Shown piece by piece: positions 9,567 to 19,433 of a DNA stretch of 64,000 nucleotides. Below the pieces are notes generated by a model. The model was not told the origin of the DNA and searched no databases. It saw nothing but the letters and a program-made list of their open reading frames with translations. The position numbers and the translations under genes are program-made. Within the stretch, counting starts at the first letter, position 1; every line of letters begins with the position of its first letter. The stretch covers positions 6,722 to 70,721 of the forward strand of contig DVLA01000059.1 in NCBI GenBank assembly GCA_018715745.1, written 5' to 3'. The DNA comes from Candidatus Coprenecus stercoripullorum (lineage in GTDB: Bacteria; Bacteroidota; Bacteroidia; Bacteroidales; UBA932).

Positions 9567-10924
9567 TTTATCCAACCCTCCCTCTGGAAGTCGCATTTCT
9601 GGAACATCGGGTCGATAACGATATAGGTCGCTTCCTGCTTTTCCTTGATAAATTCCTCAATTTCCCTGAAGGATTTCTGATTCTTCGCTATATCGAGAAG
9701 CACATTGAAATCGTTCTCAAAGGTAGCCGTATGGGACGGGATTATCTTGTCGAGACGGATGATTTTATAAAGCGTATTCCCGTTGCGGCCCTCGTTGTCC
9801 GTAGATTCGAAAGGACGGGATATTTCCCCTACTTTCATATCCTTAAGGACATTATAGTCGACAGGCTTCAGCTGGTCCTTCTCGAAGAGGGAAGCGCCGG
9901 TATACGGATTGGCGACAAGCCCTCCGTTAGTCCTGGTTATCACATCCTGCGAATACCGTATGGCGGCATCATAAAAAGATATGCTGTCGGCCAGTACGGC
10001 GTTTCGTATGGAATCCAGTCTTATGAAGGCGGAATCCCTGTCATCCGAAGTATATCTTGGTTTGAGCAGAATATGCCTGACATTGAACATGTCCCTGTCG
10101 CGCCTGATCATCTGTATCAGATGGAAGCCGTCGGGCGTTTCCACAACGGGGGACACCTGGCCATCCTTGAGTTGCATGGCAGCATCGCTGAATGCGGGCC
10201 AGAAGCTGCTGCGCGGCATCATTCCCAGCTCCCCGCCCCTCATCGCCGAGCCGGGATCCTCGGAATAGATTGTGGCCAGGACGGAAAACTTCTCGCCGGC
10301 AAGTATCCTTTCCCTGAATTCCAGCAGGCGTTCCCTGACTTCGAGGTTCGCCCTTTCCCGGTCAGGATAAAGTGCTATCTGGCTTATCTGGTACTGTTCC
10401 GGGATAATCGGAAGGCTGTCCTTGGGCGTTTTCCTGTATAAAGACTCTACTTCCCTGGGAGTCACTTCTGATGCAGAAGAGGCCACTTTTCTCTGCATAT
10501 CCTGTACAAGCGACTGCTCCGTAAGCATCTCCCTCCACTCCTGCCTCAGTTTGTACAGGGGTTTGCCGAAATATTTCTCCGTCTCAGCCTCGCCTCCGAG
10601 CTGCCCCATGATGTTGTTCACCCTGTCGTCCAGCATGGCTTCCACCATATCCGTATTCACGGCCAGGCTGTCGAGTATGGCCTGAGTATAGAAGAGCTTG
10701 GATGCCATCATATTCTCAAGGACCACACATCTGAGGTTCCTGTCCGGGGCATAGCCGCCGCTGAACTGCATCATCTGGGCTTCCGTCTCGACTTGCGAAA
10801 GCGTGATCATACTGTTTCCTACTATAGCCACTGTCTTGTCTATCAGCCTGTCGTATTTCTGAGCATACCCGTCGCAAAGACAGAGCAACAGTAGCGGCAA
10901 TACAAAGAGGAATTTCCTGTCCAT
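9563..10924 (-). CDS. SurA-like periplasmic peptidyl-prolyl isomerase (parvulin domain)
   Basis: 453 aa with a signal peptide, a SurA-N-like chaperone region, and a parvulin PPIase region (GGELGMM ... GFHLIQMI). Confidence 0.8.
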   Translation of the reverse strand: MDRKFLFVLPLLLLCLCDGYAQKYDRLIDKTVAIVGNSMITLSQVETEAQMMQFSGGYAPDRNLRCVVLENMMASKLFYTQAILDSLAVNTDMVEAMLDDRVNNIMGQLGGEAETEKYFGKPLYKLRQEWREMLTEQSLVQDMQRKVASSASEVTPREVESLYRKTPKDSLPIIPEQYQISQIALYPDRERANLEVRERLLEFRERILAGEKFSVLATIYSEDPGSAMRGGELGMMPRSSFWPAFSDAAMQLKDGQVSPVVETPDGFHLIQMIRRDRDMFNVRHILLKPRYTSDDRDSAFIRLDSIRNAVLADSISFYDAAIRYSQDVITRTNGGLVANPYTGASLFEKDQLKPVDYNVLKDMKVGEISRPFESTDNEGRNGNTLYKIIRLDKIIPSHTATFENDFNVLLDIAKNQKSFREIEEFIKEKQEATYIVIDPMFQKCDFQREGWIK

Positions 10925-10925
10925 G

Positions 10926-11786
10926 TCACTTTGAATAAATTTTCAGTTTGTCCGAGGTTACAGCCTCATCAAGCAGATTCCGTTCCAAAGTCGAAATCAT
11001 GTCCTGTTTTCTTCTGCTTATGATCATATCCCTTATCTTGTCCTGCGAATAATCGAAAGGCGCAAGCTCTCCCTTGGGGACCCTGTCGTCTATCGCAAGC
11101 AGGTACGTATAGCCCAAAGACTCTTTCCGCATATAATGCGACGAAGACAGGACTTCCTCGCATTCCGAGAGTTCCGTTCCGAGTTCCCGGGCGATGACGT
11201 CGAGGCCTACCCAATCGTCGAACAGATAATAATTTTCAGCCGAAGTATAGCACAGCCTTTCGAGCTCTTCCCTGTCATCGGGGTCTATCGACTTGTAAAG
11301 GGACATTATCATGGGAAGATTGGGGGAGTCGTTACTGATTTTCACAAATATGCCTTTTACCAGAGACACCTGGGCCAGGAAACTGTGGGGGTTTGCATCG
11401 TAAAATGCCCTGCACTCGCTCTCACCGACCACCGTATCTATGCGTTCTTCGACATACTGCTTCTGATAACGGTATATCAGCAACTGCTGCCTGTATTCTT
11501 CAAGATACGCATCCACATTCCTGTCTGCCTTGGAAAGGTTGTTCTCGGCAAGGTTGAGGAGCAGCCTGTTCTTGGCCCACAGATTGATGTATTGGGAAAC
11601 TATCCTCGCGCTGTCCTCGGGTGAAAGGCCGTGCCCGACTATCTTGTCCGTATCCTTCCTGTAGAGGACCTCATTGCCTATGCGGGCGACCACCTCGTCA
11701 TTGAATATCCTGTCGTAAAGCTGGCAGGAAGCAAGGGGGAAAGCAAGGAGAATTGCCGTTACCTTTACTGCAAAGCGACCGTTCAC
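10926..11786 (-). CDS. SurA-N-domain-like lipoprotein (no obvious PPIase domain)
   Basis: 286 aa with a lipoprotein-type signal (LAFPLASC). The helical chaperone-like sequence resembles the N-terminal part of the neighbouring SurA-like protein. It is tightly packed, 1 nt from the next gene. Confidence 0.5.
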   Translation of the reverse strand: MNGRFAVKVTAILLAFPLASCQLYDRIFNDEVVARIGNEVLYRKDTDKIVGHGLSPEDSARIVSQYINLWAKNRLLLNLAENNLSKADRNVDAYLEEYRQQLLIYRYQKQYVEERIDTVVGESECRAFYDANPHSFLAQVSLVKGIFVKISNDSPNLPMIMSLYKSIDPDDREELERLCYTSAENYYLFDDWVGLDVIARELGTELSECEEVLSSSHYMRKESLGYTYLLAIDDRVPKGELAPFDYSQDKIRDMIISRRKQDMISTLERNLLDEAVTSDKLKIYSK

Positions 11787-11793
11787 GACTCTG

Positions 11794-13263
11794 TTACCTG
11801 CTATAGTTAGGAGCCTCTCTCGTTATTGTCACATCGTGCGGATGATTCTCTACGATACCGGCTGCCGTAACCCTTACGAACCTGGCATTCTTGAGTTCTT
11901 CGAGATTATGCGCACCGCAGTAGCCCATGCCTGCCCTGAGTCCGCCGACAAGCTGATAAACAACTTCGGCAAGAGTACCCTTATAAGGCACCTGGGCGAC
12001 TATTCCTTCAGGCACAAGTTTCTTTATATCCTCTTCCATATCCTGGAAATACCTGTCTTTCGAGCCTACCTGCATCGCCTCAAGGGACCCCATTCCGCGA
12101 TACGACTTGAATTTTCTGCCGTTCAGTATGATGGTTTCACCGGGAGACTCCTCTACGCCTGCAAAGAGCGAGCCTGCCATTATTGTGGACGCCCCTGCGG
12201 CAAGGGCCTTCACCACGTCTCCGGAATATCTTATGCCTCCGTCCGCGATAACGGGTATGCCGGAGCCTTTCAGGGCTTCGGAAGCAAGCATGATGGCTGA
12301 AAGCTGGGGTACACCGACACCGGCTATTACGCGGGTCGTACATATCGAGCCGGGACCTATTCCGACTTTAACCGCATCCACACCGCATTCCTTAAGGGCT
12401 ACAGCAGCCTCTGCCGTTGCTATGTTCCCGGCGACTATCTGCAGGTGCGGATACTTGGCGCGGACTTCCCTTATGGTCTTGAGGACGAATTCGGAATGGC
12501 CGTGAGCGGTATCGAGGACTATGGCATCGGGCTCCACCGAAACGATTTTCTCCACGGTTTCCATGGTATGGCTGTTTATGCCGACGGCAGCCGCCACAAG
12601 CAGCCTGCCTTTCGAATCCTTGCTGGCTGTAGGGTTGTCCTTTATCTTCATTATGTCCTTATAGGTAATGAGCCCGGCCAGCCTGCCCTCGCGGTCCACC
12701 ACGAGCAGTTTCTCTATCTTGTGTTTCTTCAGCAGCTCGGTAGCCCCCTTAAGGTCTTCCCCGTTAGTAGTGGTGATAAGGTTGTCCTTGGTCATCACCT
12801 CCCGTACCGGGACGCGCATATTGTCCTGGAAACGCAGGTCCCTGTTGGTCACTATACCGCAAAGCATCCCGGAAGCATCGACAACAGGTATGCCGCCGAT
12901 ATGGTTTTTCTTCATCATATCCAAAGCGTCCCCGACAGTCGCATCCTCCATTATGGTGACAGGATCGTAAATCATGCCGTTTTCGGCCCTCTTCACTTTC
13001 CGGATCTGCTCCATCTGGGCATCTATGGGCATATTCTTGTGGATAACGCCTATACCGCCCTCCCTGGCTATGGCTATAGCCAGTTCGGCCTCTGTTACAG
13101 TATCCATTGCCGCCGACACCAGCGGAGTATGAAGTCTGATTTCCCTGGAGAACCTGGTATTTATATCCACTTCGCGGGGAAGTACGTCCGAATGGGCCGG
13201 AACAAGGAGGACATCATCGAAAGTAAGCCCTTCGGATATCTGAGAGTTTGTAAATGTCTGCAT
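11794..13263 (-). CDS. guaB: IMP dehydrogenase
   Basis: 489 aa. Contains a CBS-pair insert and the catalytic loop GIGPGSICTTR, and ends in a typical IMPDH C-terminus. Confidence 0.95.
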   Translation of the reverse strand: MQTFTNSQISEGLTFDDVLLVPAHSDVLPREVDINTRFSREIRLHTPLVSAAMDTVTEAELAIAIAREGGIGVIHKNMPIDAQMEQIRKVKRAENGMIYDPVTIMEDATVGDALDMMKKNHIGGIPVVDASGMLCGIVTNRDLRFQDNMRVPVREVMTKDNLITTTNGEDLKGATELLKKHKIEKLLVVDREGRLAGLITYKDIMKIKDNPTASKDSKGRLLVAAAVGINSHTMETVEKIVSVEPDAIVLDTAHGHSEFVLKTIREVRAKYPHLQIVAGNIATAEAAVALKECGVDAVKVGIGPGSICTTRVIAGVGVPQLSAIMLASEALKGSGIPVIADGGIRYSGDVVKALAAGASTIMAGSLFAGVEESPGETIILNGRKFKSYRGMGSLEAMQVGSKDRYFQDMEEDIKKLVPEGIVAQVPYKGTLAEVVYQLVGGLRAGMGYCGAHNLEELKNARFVRVTAAGIVENHPHDVTITREAPNYSR

Positions 13264-13282
13264 AAATCCCGTTTTTAACCGG

Positions 13283-13290
13283 CAAAGTTA
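13283..13290 (-). promoter_or_regulatory. candidate -7 box (TAACTTTG) for guaB
   Basis: Reverse-strand TAACTTTG lies 19 nt upstream of the guaB ATG, in the 36-nt gap after the radical SAM gene. Confidence 0.45.
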
Positions 13291-13299
13291 AAAAGCCGA

Positions 13300-14247
13300 T
13301 TAAAATTTTGCAAAATTATTGTTATAGAGGCGTCCATGAAAAGTATCCCTCTCTTCGAGCCTGTTCTCGAAAAGCCTTAAAAGTTCCGCATTCCGTACAA
13401 GTCCCCACGGTGTGGAATTCACGAACCTCGGAGGGGTCTCACCGGCTATCCGCTCGATAAGCATGTCCGGCCTGAGCCTCTCTGCAACATCTACCATAAA
13501 ATCTATATACTCCATGAGGCTGAAAGTAACAAAATCCTGCGGGCGTTCCGCATGTTCCCTTTCCATAGCAGTTCCCTTGAATATCTGCAACTGATGGAAT
13601 TTCACGGATGTAAGCGGCAAGGAATTTATTACGGGTATCTCTCCGAGCATGTCCTCCACACTCTCCCCGGGAAGGCCGAAAATGAAATGCCCGCACTGCG
13701 GAAGGCCCCTCGCGCATGTCATCCCCACCGCCTTAACCGCGTCGGAGAAGCCATGCCCCCTGTTGATGCGGAGCAGCGTCGAATCATAGCATGACTCTAT
13801 CCCGTATTCAATTATTACAATATGCTCCCGTGCAAGGGAGGCGAGATAGTCCAGCACCTCCTCAGAGACGCAGTCGGGTCTCGTACCTATTACTATACCG
13901 TCCACTTCAGGGTGCGCCAGGGCTTCCTCATAGAGGCCTTTCAATACCGGAAGCGGGGCATACGTATTTGAATAAGGCTGGAAATACGCCAGATAACCGG
14001 CAGCGGTACGGTACCTTGTCCTGTGGAACCTTATACCCTCGTCTATCTGAACGGACAATGGAATTGAAGCCTTGCTGTAATTGGGATGGAATGCATCGTT
14101 GTCACAGTAGGTACACCCGCCGATCCCTGCCGAACCGTCCCTGTTGGGACATGTGAACCCGGCATCCACCACCACCTTCTGCAGTCTTTTCCCGTAGGTT
14201 TTCCTGAAATAGCCGGAATAGGAATTGTATCTCTGCCGGCCCGTCAT
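13300..14247 (-). CDS. TIGR01212-family radical SAM protein
   Basis: 315 aa. Cys cluster in FTCPNRDGSAGIGGCTYCDN, and family-typical length and sequence. Confidence 0.85.
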   Translation of the reverse strand: MTGRQRYNSYSGYFRKTYGKRLQKVVVDAGFTCPNRDGSAGIGGCTYCDNDAFHPNYSKASIPLSVQIDEGIRFHRTRYRTAAGYLAYFQPYSNTYAPLPVLKGLYEEALAHPEVDGIVIGTRPDCVSEEVLDYLASLAREHIVIIEYGIESCYDSTLLRINRGHGFSDAVKAVGMTCARGLPQCGHFIFGLPGESVEDMLGEIPVINSLPLTSVKFHQLQIFKGTAMEREHAERPQDFVTFSLMEYIDFMVDVAERLRPDMLIERIAGETPPRFVNSTPWGLVRNAELLRLFENRLEERDTFHGRLYNNNFAKF

Positions 14248-14693
14248 ACCAGAACCTTGAAAACGGCCTTGCGTATCCGGCCATTCCCGATAAGCGGGGC
14301 ATGCGCATCAGTCGGGAAGCAGATGACGAAATTGTCTCCGGCATAATTCACAAAGGCTTCAGGGGTATCCGCAAAAAACGCAATGTCCCGCTCCGCGTCA
14401 TACTCTACTCCCGTGCCGTCGCAGGCGCCCCTGCCTTTGAAGCCGATAGTCTCGGAACCTTCTATGACTATATGGATGTCAATATGGGAATCATGTACTT
14501 CGAGCCGGGGCATCTCATCAATGCTTTTTGCATCCTGCACAGAGACCCTGCACCGCACGCGATCTCCAGAAATTTCGTAATCCCCGTCCTCAAGGAGAGA
14601 CAGATCGTTTTCTTTAAGAAACCTGCAAACATCGGCAAAACTCTCGTGTATGCCGGTATACCGTTCAAAGGATTTTATTGAATCTATTATCAT
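14244..14693 (-). CDS. YhcH/YjgK/YiaL (DUF386) family protein
   Basis: 149 aa cupin-like protein with the family pattern HxxxIDIHIVIEGxE ... F-FPxDAH. It has a 4-nt overlap with the downstream gene. Confidence 0.8.
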   Translation of the reverse strand: MIIDSIKSFERYTGIHESFADVCRFLKENDLSLLEDGDYEISGDRVRCRVSVQDAKSIDEMPRLEVHDSHIDIHIVIEGSETIGFKGRGACDGTGVEYDAERDIAFFADTPEAFVNYAGDNFVICFPTDAHAPLIGNGRIRKAVFKVLV

Positions 14694-14699
14694 TTCCGT

Positions 14700-15887
14700 T
14701 TATTTATATGATATTGTAGCCATGGAGACCGGTAGCAGCAGTTCGAGAAGCACTATCAGGCTTACAGCCGGATTAAACGACTGGGGAATGAACCATGAAC
14801 ACAGGATTGCACAGCAGGCCGCTCCGGTAAGCACGAAGGCAACCGCCCTGCGTATCTTTCCGGGCCGCATGAAAGGCAGGATAAGGAATAGCGGGTTCAT
14901 CCACATGAGGTTCCAGTTGGCCTTGGTCCATATGTGTTCGGTACCGAACCACATAAAGACAAGAATAAGGCCTCCGATACCTGCCAGCAGATAGAATACG
15001 GTCGAAAATATCTTTACAAACAGGGCCTTGTCGGATACTTTAAGAAAACAGAGCACATACAGTACGCAAAGCAGGGCAAAGACTGCAACAGGCTGGAAAA
15101 TACGCTGCATGACCTCCCCGAAGCTCCCTGTATTCCCCGGAAGGACTATGCTGTCACGGCTGCCGAGCAACGGCATGCCTGTTTTCACGTTGATATAATC
15201 CTGAAGGTTTACCGACAGTCTGTCAGGAAGGAACATGGCCTCCTCCGAAGTTATCCTCCTGTCCACCCTCTGCCCCAGAAGGAGATCGATTCCGAACATA
15301 AGCCATGGCCGCCCCCCTACGCACCTTTCAAGTTCGTCCCTGTATGTAAAATCCTCTTCGGCCAACGTCCGGGAAAAATCCGGAGTGTGGAAAATATCCC
15401 TGATTCTCGTGGCGCAATTGTCTATAAGGAAATCATACAGATAATATCTGTTTTCCGGCCTGGCATTTTCCACAAGGGCCCCGTAGATTCTTTCCTTCTG
15501 GCTTACGTCCAACTTAAGGACCTGCTCGCTTACCCCCCGGCCGTCCCTTTCATAGCTGGCCACGAAGCGTCTGTAATCGCCGACCGACAGGAAATACTCG
15601 AGTTCCCCCCTGAGAAATTTCAGGAGAAAGCCCTCTTCGTAAAAGTCATACGTACCGTAATTGAACACAAGGTCAGTACCGCAGAGCGAATCCACCACCC
15701 TTATGGCCGAATGGCCGAATGCAGATGCGGGGTCCTTCCCTTCCGAACAGGTAAGAAGGCTGATACGCAGCCCCGGGGCAGGTTCTGCAAAGGCAGTGTC
15801 CTCAGCCGGGAATGCCTTGAATGACAAAGGGCCTATGAACAAAAGCATGCAGGCTGCATATACAGCAACGACACTTCCCGTTTTCAT
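14700..15887 (-). CDS. DUF4105 (Lnb-like) membrane protein
   Basis: 395 aa with a signal peptide, an N-terminal soluble domain (FGHSAIRV ... motif region) and several C-terminal TM helices. This resembles the DUF4105/lipoprotein N-acyltransferase Lnb family. Confidence 0.65.
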   Translation of the reverse strand: MKTGSVVAVYAACMLLFIGPLSFKAFPAEDTAFAEPAPGLRISLLTCSEGKDPASAFGHSAIRVVDSLCGTDLVFNYGTYDFYEEGFLLKFLRGELEYFLSVGDYRRFVASYERDGRGVSEQVLKLDVSQKERIYGALVENARPENRYYLYDFLIDNCATRIRDIFHTPDFSRTLAEEDFTYRDELERCVGGRPWLMFGIDLLLGQRVDRRITSEEAMFLPDRLSVNLQDYINVKTGMPLLGSRDSIVLPGNTGSFGEVMQRIFQPVAVFALLCVLYVLCFLKVSDKALFVKIFSTVFYLLAGIGGLILVFMWFGTEHIWTKANWNLMWMNPLFLILPFMRPGKIRRAVAFVLTGAACCAILCSWFIPQSFNPAVSLIVLLELLLPVSMATISYK

Positions 15888-15937
15888 TTGTATACCGTTT
15901 AGTTTGGTTTGGTAAATATAATGATTAACTTTGACAC

Positions 15938-16903
15938 ATGAAGCGTTTTCTGCTTTTTTTTACAGCTGCCATGCTGTCGCTGCTGCAAGCCGCGGCAGCA
16001 GACTTCGGCATAATTTCAGTCTCGGTCACCGACATGAAAGCCCGGGCCGCCTATACGTCGGAGACAGTATCCCAGGCCATGATGGGCACTCCCGTAGAGA
16101 TAACGGGCTGTGACGGGGTATGGTGCAGGGCCGTCACCCCGGACGGCTATACGGGGTGGTTCCTGAAGGAGAACATCCGTTTCTTCTCAGGCAACGGGTT
16201 TGAAGAGTGGAAAAAGGCGGACAGGGCCATAGTCACCTCGTATTTTGAAATTGTGCGCGAGAGCGCATCGGAAAACGCCCCGGTCGTATGTGACTGCATT
16301 ATGGGCAACATAGTGACATTCCATCCCGATACATCCGACGTAAACGGATTCCGCAGGATAGTGCTCCCTTCGGGGGAGACAGGATTCATCCGCTCGGCAT
16401 CCGTATGCGGGCTGAGAACATGGCTCGAAACGCGACAGGCCCGTCCCTCCGACATTACCGGTACGGCATTGCTCTTTACCGGATTTCCATATCTTTGGGG
16501 GGGGCTTTCCCCGAAAGGCATGGATTGCAGCGGCCTGAACAGGCTGGCATATTATATGAACGGGGTGATACTGCCGCGGGATGCAAAGGACCAGATTCTG
16601 GCCGGGGAGAAAGTGGATTTCAGAGATCCGTCCTGCCTGCAGCCGGCAGACCTGATCTTTTTCGGAAGGCCGGACAAGGAAGGCAATCCCGAAAGCATAA
16701 CGCATACGGGCATATATCTGGGCAACGGATATTTCATCCACTCGTACATGCACGTAAGGATAAACAGAATCACACCGGGATATCCCGATTCGTTCAGCAG
16801 ACCTGCCCTTGTAGGGGCATGCAGGATTCTCGGAGAGCAGGATAAGGGGAAGGGGGCCGTATCCGTCCTGCACCACCCATGGTATTTCCAAACTTATAAA
16901 TAA
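15938..16903 (+). CDS. C40 (NlpC/P60) family peptidase with N-terminal SH3-like domains
   Basis: 321 aa with a signal peptide. Catalytic Cys in GMDCSGL and His in THTGIYLGNGYFIHS. Confidence 0.85.
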   Translation: MKRFLLFFTAAMLSLLQAAAADFGIISVSVTDMKARAAYTSETVSQAMMGTPVEITGCDGVWCRAVTPDGYTGWFLKENIRFFSGNGFEEWKKADRAIVTSYFEIVRESASENAPVVCDCIMGNIVTFHPDTSDVNGFRRIVLPSGETGFIRSASVCGLRTWLETRQARPSDITGTALLFTGFPYLWGGLSPKGMDCSGLNRLAYYMNGVILPRDAKDQILAGEKVDFRDPSCLQPADLIFFGRPDKEGNPESITHTGIYLGNGYFIHSYMHVRINRITPGYPDSFSRPALVGACRILGEQDKGKGAVSVLHHPWYFQTYK

Positions 16904-16913
16904 AACAGACGAT

Positions 16914-17213
16914 ATGAACTTAAGAACAGTAAAAAAAGACGTCGAGTACTTTGTAAACGAATTCATAAACGATGCTTTTATCAGCATCAGCTTCTCCGAA
17001 GACGAGGAAAAGAAATCGGGAATAGTGGAACTTGTAAACAAGGCGCTTGACCTGCGCGACGATACCATCCGCAAAATCAACAACCCGGACAAAACCGAAA
17101 AAAAGAGAGCCTATTACAATAATGTAATGCAGGAACTGTTCAGCGGGCTGGACGCCATGTACACGGAGCTGAGCAGGGAAACCAGAGCCAACGGCAAGGG
17201 GCAGACGGCCTAA
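16914..17213 (+). CDS. hypothetical small helical protein
   Basis: 99-aa ORF with coding-like charged, helical composition, 10 nt after the upstream stop. I recognised no motif. Confidence 0.5.
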   Translation: MNLRTVKKDVEYFVNEFINDAFISISFSEDEEKKSGIVELVNKALDLRDDTIRKINNPDKTEKKRAYYNNVMQELFSGLDAMYTELSRETRANGKGQTA

Positions 17214-19264
17214 CCGACCGTGCTGCCGTCCGCAAGCCTTTCTTCGGGAGAGACCACGCGCATGGTCCCGTCAGGCTGACGCGCCATGAGTATCATCCCC
17301 CTGGACTCGATACCGCGTATCTTTCTCGGTTCGAGATTGGCCAAGATACAGATCTGTTTTCCAAGCATCTGTTCAGGAGAATAGTATTGGGCGATGCCCG
17401 ATACTATTATTCTTTTGTCTATTCCCGTATCAACGGTCAACTTGAGCAGTTTGTCCGTTTTCGGCACCTTTTCGGCCTCAAGAACCGTAGCGGTGCGTAT
17501 GTCCATCCTGGAAAAGTCATCGAAAGTGCATCCCGCCTTCTGGGCCTCGACAGGCAAGGAGGCGGCGGCAGCTTTCATGTTGGCTTCCTTTATGGCTTCC
17601 AGCCTGGCCATCTGCCTGTCTATTTCCGCATCTTCGACCTTCTCGAAAAGCAGGTCCGGCTTGCCAAGTACATGCCCGGCGGGAATAACACCGTCCCTGC
17701 CCGCATTGTCCCATCTGAGTACGTCCTTGTCCAGATTCAGGATACCCAGCAGTTTTTCCGATGAGAACGGCAGAAATGGCGCGAATACTACCGCAAGGTC
17801 CGCACACAGTTTCAGGCACACATTGAGTATGGAAGCGGTCCTGTCCATATCCGTTTTGGCAACCTTCCACGGTTCGGTATCGGTAAGATACTTGTTCCCG
17901 AGCCGTGCCAGATTCATGGCCTCCTTGAGGGCCTCGCGGAAACGGTAATGTTCAATATTGTCCGCCACTGCATCCCTTAATCCGGGAACCTGCGCAAGCA
18001 GTGCGCCGTCCACTGCCTCGGGCTTCAGATCTTGCGGGACTATCCCATTAAAGTACTTATGCGTCAAGACAACGGCTCTGTTGACGAAATTCCCGTAGAT
18101 AGCGACAAGTTCCGAATTGTTGCGTGTCTGGAAATCTTTCCACGTAAAATCGTTGTCTTTTGTCTCGGGCGCATTGGCGCAAAGGACATAACGCAGCACG
18201 TCCTGCTTGCCGGGAAAATCATTGAGATATTCGTGCAGCCAGATAGCCCAGTTGCGGGTCGTGGATATCTTGTCACCTTCAAGGTTGAGAAATTCGTTGG
18301 CAGGCACATTGTCCGGCATTATGAAGCCGTCCCCATAGGCCTTCAGCATGGAGGGGAACATAATGCAGTGGAAGACGATATTGTCCTTCCCGATAAAATG
18401 CACCATCTTGGTGTCCTCGCTCTTCCAGTAAAGTTCCCAGTCATCCGGCCTGGCTTCTATGGTATTGGAAATATATCCTATGGGTGCATCGAACCATACA
18501 TAAAGCACCTTGCCGTCCGCCCCGTCCACAGGCACGGGTATGCCCCAGTCGAGATCCCTGCTTACAGCTCTGGGCTGAAGCCCGAGGTCGAGCCACGACT
18601 TGCACTGGCCGTACACGTTCACTTTCCACTCTTTATGTTCCTCCAGTATCCACTTCCTGAGCCACGGCTCATACTTGTCCAGAGGAAGGTACCAATGTTT
18701 GGTCACACGCTTTACTGGAGGATTCCCGCTAAGGGCCGAATGCGGATTGAGCAGCTCTTCAGGGCTGAGGGATGAACCGCACTTCTCGCACTGGTCGCCA
18801 TACGCCCCTTCAGCCCCGCATTTGGGGCACGTACCGACTATATATCGGTCAGCAAGAAACTGGCGGGCCTGCTCGTCATAATACTGTTCCGACTCCCTTT
18901 CAATAAACTTGCCCTCGTCGTACAGCTTTCTGAAAAATTCCGAAGCCGTCCTGTAGTGCGTTTTGGAAGTAGTCCTGGAATATACGTCGAAACTTATGCC
19001 GAACTCCTCGAATGACTTCTTTATAAGTTCATGATACCTGTCCACAATATCCTGTGGGGTACATCCCTGCCTGCGGGCCTTTATGGTAATCGGCACGCCA
19101 TGCTCGTCGGAACCTCCCACGAAAAAAACATCCCTTCCCCTCATTCTCAGATATCTTACATAAATATCCGCCGGAACATAGACGCCGGCCAAATGACCGA
19201 TATGCACCGGCCCGTTCGCATAAGGAAGAGCCGATGTCACAAGATAACGTTTAAAATCTTTCAT
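17210..19264 (-). CDS. metG: methionine--tRNA ligase
   Basis: The HIGH motif (PVHIGH) follows [18 protein letters not shown]. There is a zinc knuckle (CPKCG ... CEKCG) and a C-terminal tRNA-binding (EMAP-like) domain. The start was moved to the Met at 19264 because the upstream ORF extension runs into a tRNA gene. Confidence 0.95.
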   Translation of the reverse strand: MKDFKRYLVTSALPYANGPVHIGHLAGVYVPADIYVRYLRMRGRDVFFVGGSDEHGVPITIKARRQGCTPQDIVDRYHELIKKSFEEFGISFDVYSRTTSKTHYRTASEFFRKLYDEGKFIERESEQYYDEQARQFLADRYIVGTCPKCGAEGAYGDQCEKCGSSLSPEELLNPHSALSGNPPVKRVTKHWYLPLDKYEPWLRKWILEEHKEWKVNVYGQCKSWLDLGLQPRAVSRDLDWGIPVPVDGADGKVLYVWFDAPIGYISNTIEARPDDWELYWKSEDTKMVHFIGKDNIVFHCIMFPSMLKAYGDGFIMPDNVPANEFLNLEGDKISTTRNWAIWLHEYLNDFPGKQDVLRYVLCANAPETKDNDFTWKDFQTRNNSELVAIYGNFVNRAVVLTHKYFNGIVPQDLKPEAVDGALLAQVPGLRDAVADNIEHYRFREALKEAMNLARLGNKYLTDTEPWKVAKTDMDRTASILNVCLKLCADLAVVFAPFLPFSSEKLLGILNLDKDVLRWDNAGRDGVIPAGHVLGKPDLLFEKVEDAEIDRQMARLEAIKEANMKAAAASLPVEAQKAGCTFDDFSRMDIRTATVLEAEKVPKTDKLLKLTVDTGIDKRIIVSGIAQYYSPEQMLGKQICILANLEPRKIRGIESRGMILMARQPDGTMRVVSPEERLADGSTVG

Positions 19265-19301
19265 GGACTCCGCTGAACTGTTAAAGCAGTTAATAAAGAA
19301 G

Positions 19302-19385
19302 TGCCCGAAACAGGACTCGAACCTGCACAGCCTTTCGGCCACTAGTCCCTGAAACTAGCGTGTCTACCAATTTCACCATTCGGGC
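19302..19385 (-). tRNA. tRNA-Leu (anticodon CAG), class II with long variable arm
   Basis: The reverse complement folds by hand into a cloverleaf: GCCCGAATGGTGAAATTGGTAGACACGCTAGTTTCAGGGACTAGTGGCCGAAAGGCTGTGCAGGTTCGAGTCCTGTTTCGGGCA. The acceptor is GCCCGAA/TTCGGGC, the anticodon loop is TTCAGGG, the T-loop is TTCGAGT, and there is a long variable arm. CCA is not encoded. Confidence 0.9.
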
Positions 19386-19395
19386 AAACGGCCTG

Positions 19396-19403
19396 CAAAG
19401 ATA
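19396..19403 (-). promoter_or_regulatory. candidate -7 box (TATCTTTG) driving tRNA-Leu and probably metG
   Basis: Reverse-strand TATCTTTG ends 10 nt upstream of the tRNA 5' end, with an AT-rich upstream tract. It is part of a 15-mer identical to the rpsP promoter region. Confidence 0.55.
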
Positions 19404-19433
19404 AGCAATATAAATTTATCTGCAATAAAAAAA

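Noticed and set aside
15926-15933. TAACTTTG box upstream of the NlpC/P60 gene as its promoter
   Set aside because: It ends only 4 nt before the ATG at 15938, and the signal peptide confirms that start. A TSS about 7 nt downstream of the box would fall inside the coding sequence. It may be fortuitous or may serve a leaderless transcript, so I did not report it as a feature.
19265-19342. Longer metG start (ORF opens at 19342)
   Set aside because: The extension overlaps the 3' half of tRNA-Leu and encodes non-MetRS-like sequence ([20 protein letters not shown]...). The canonical MetRS N-terminus begins at 19264.
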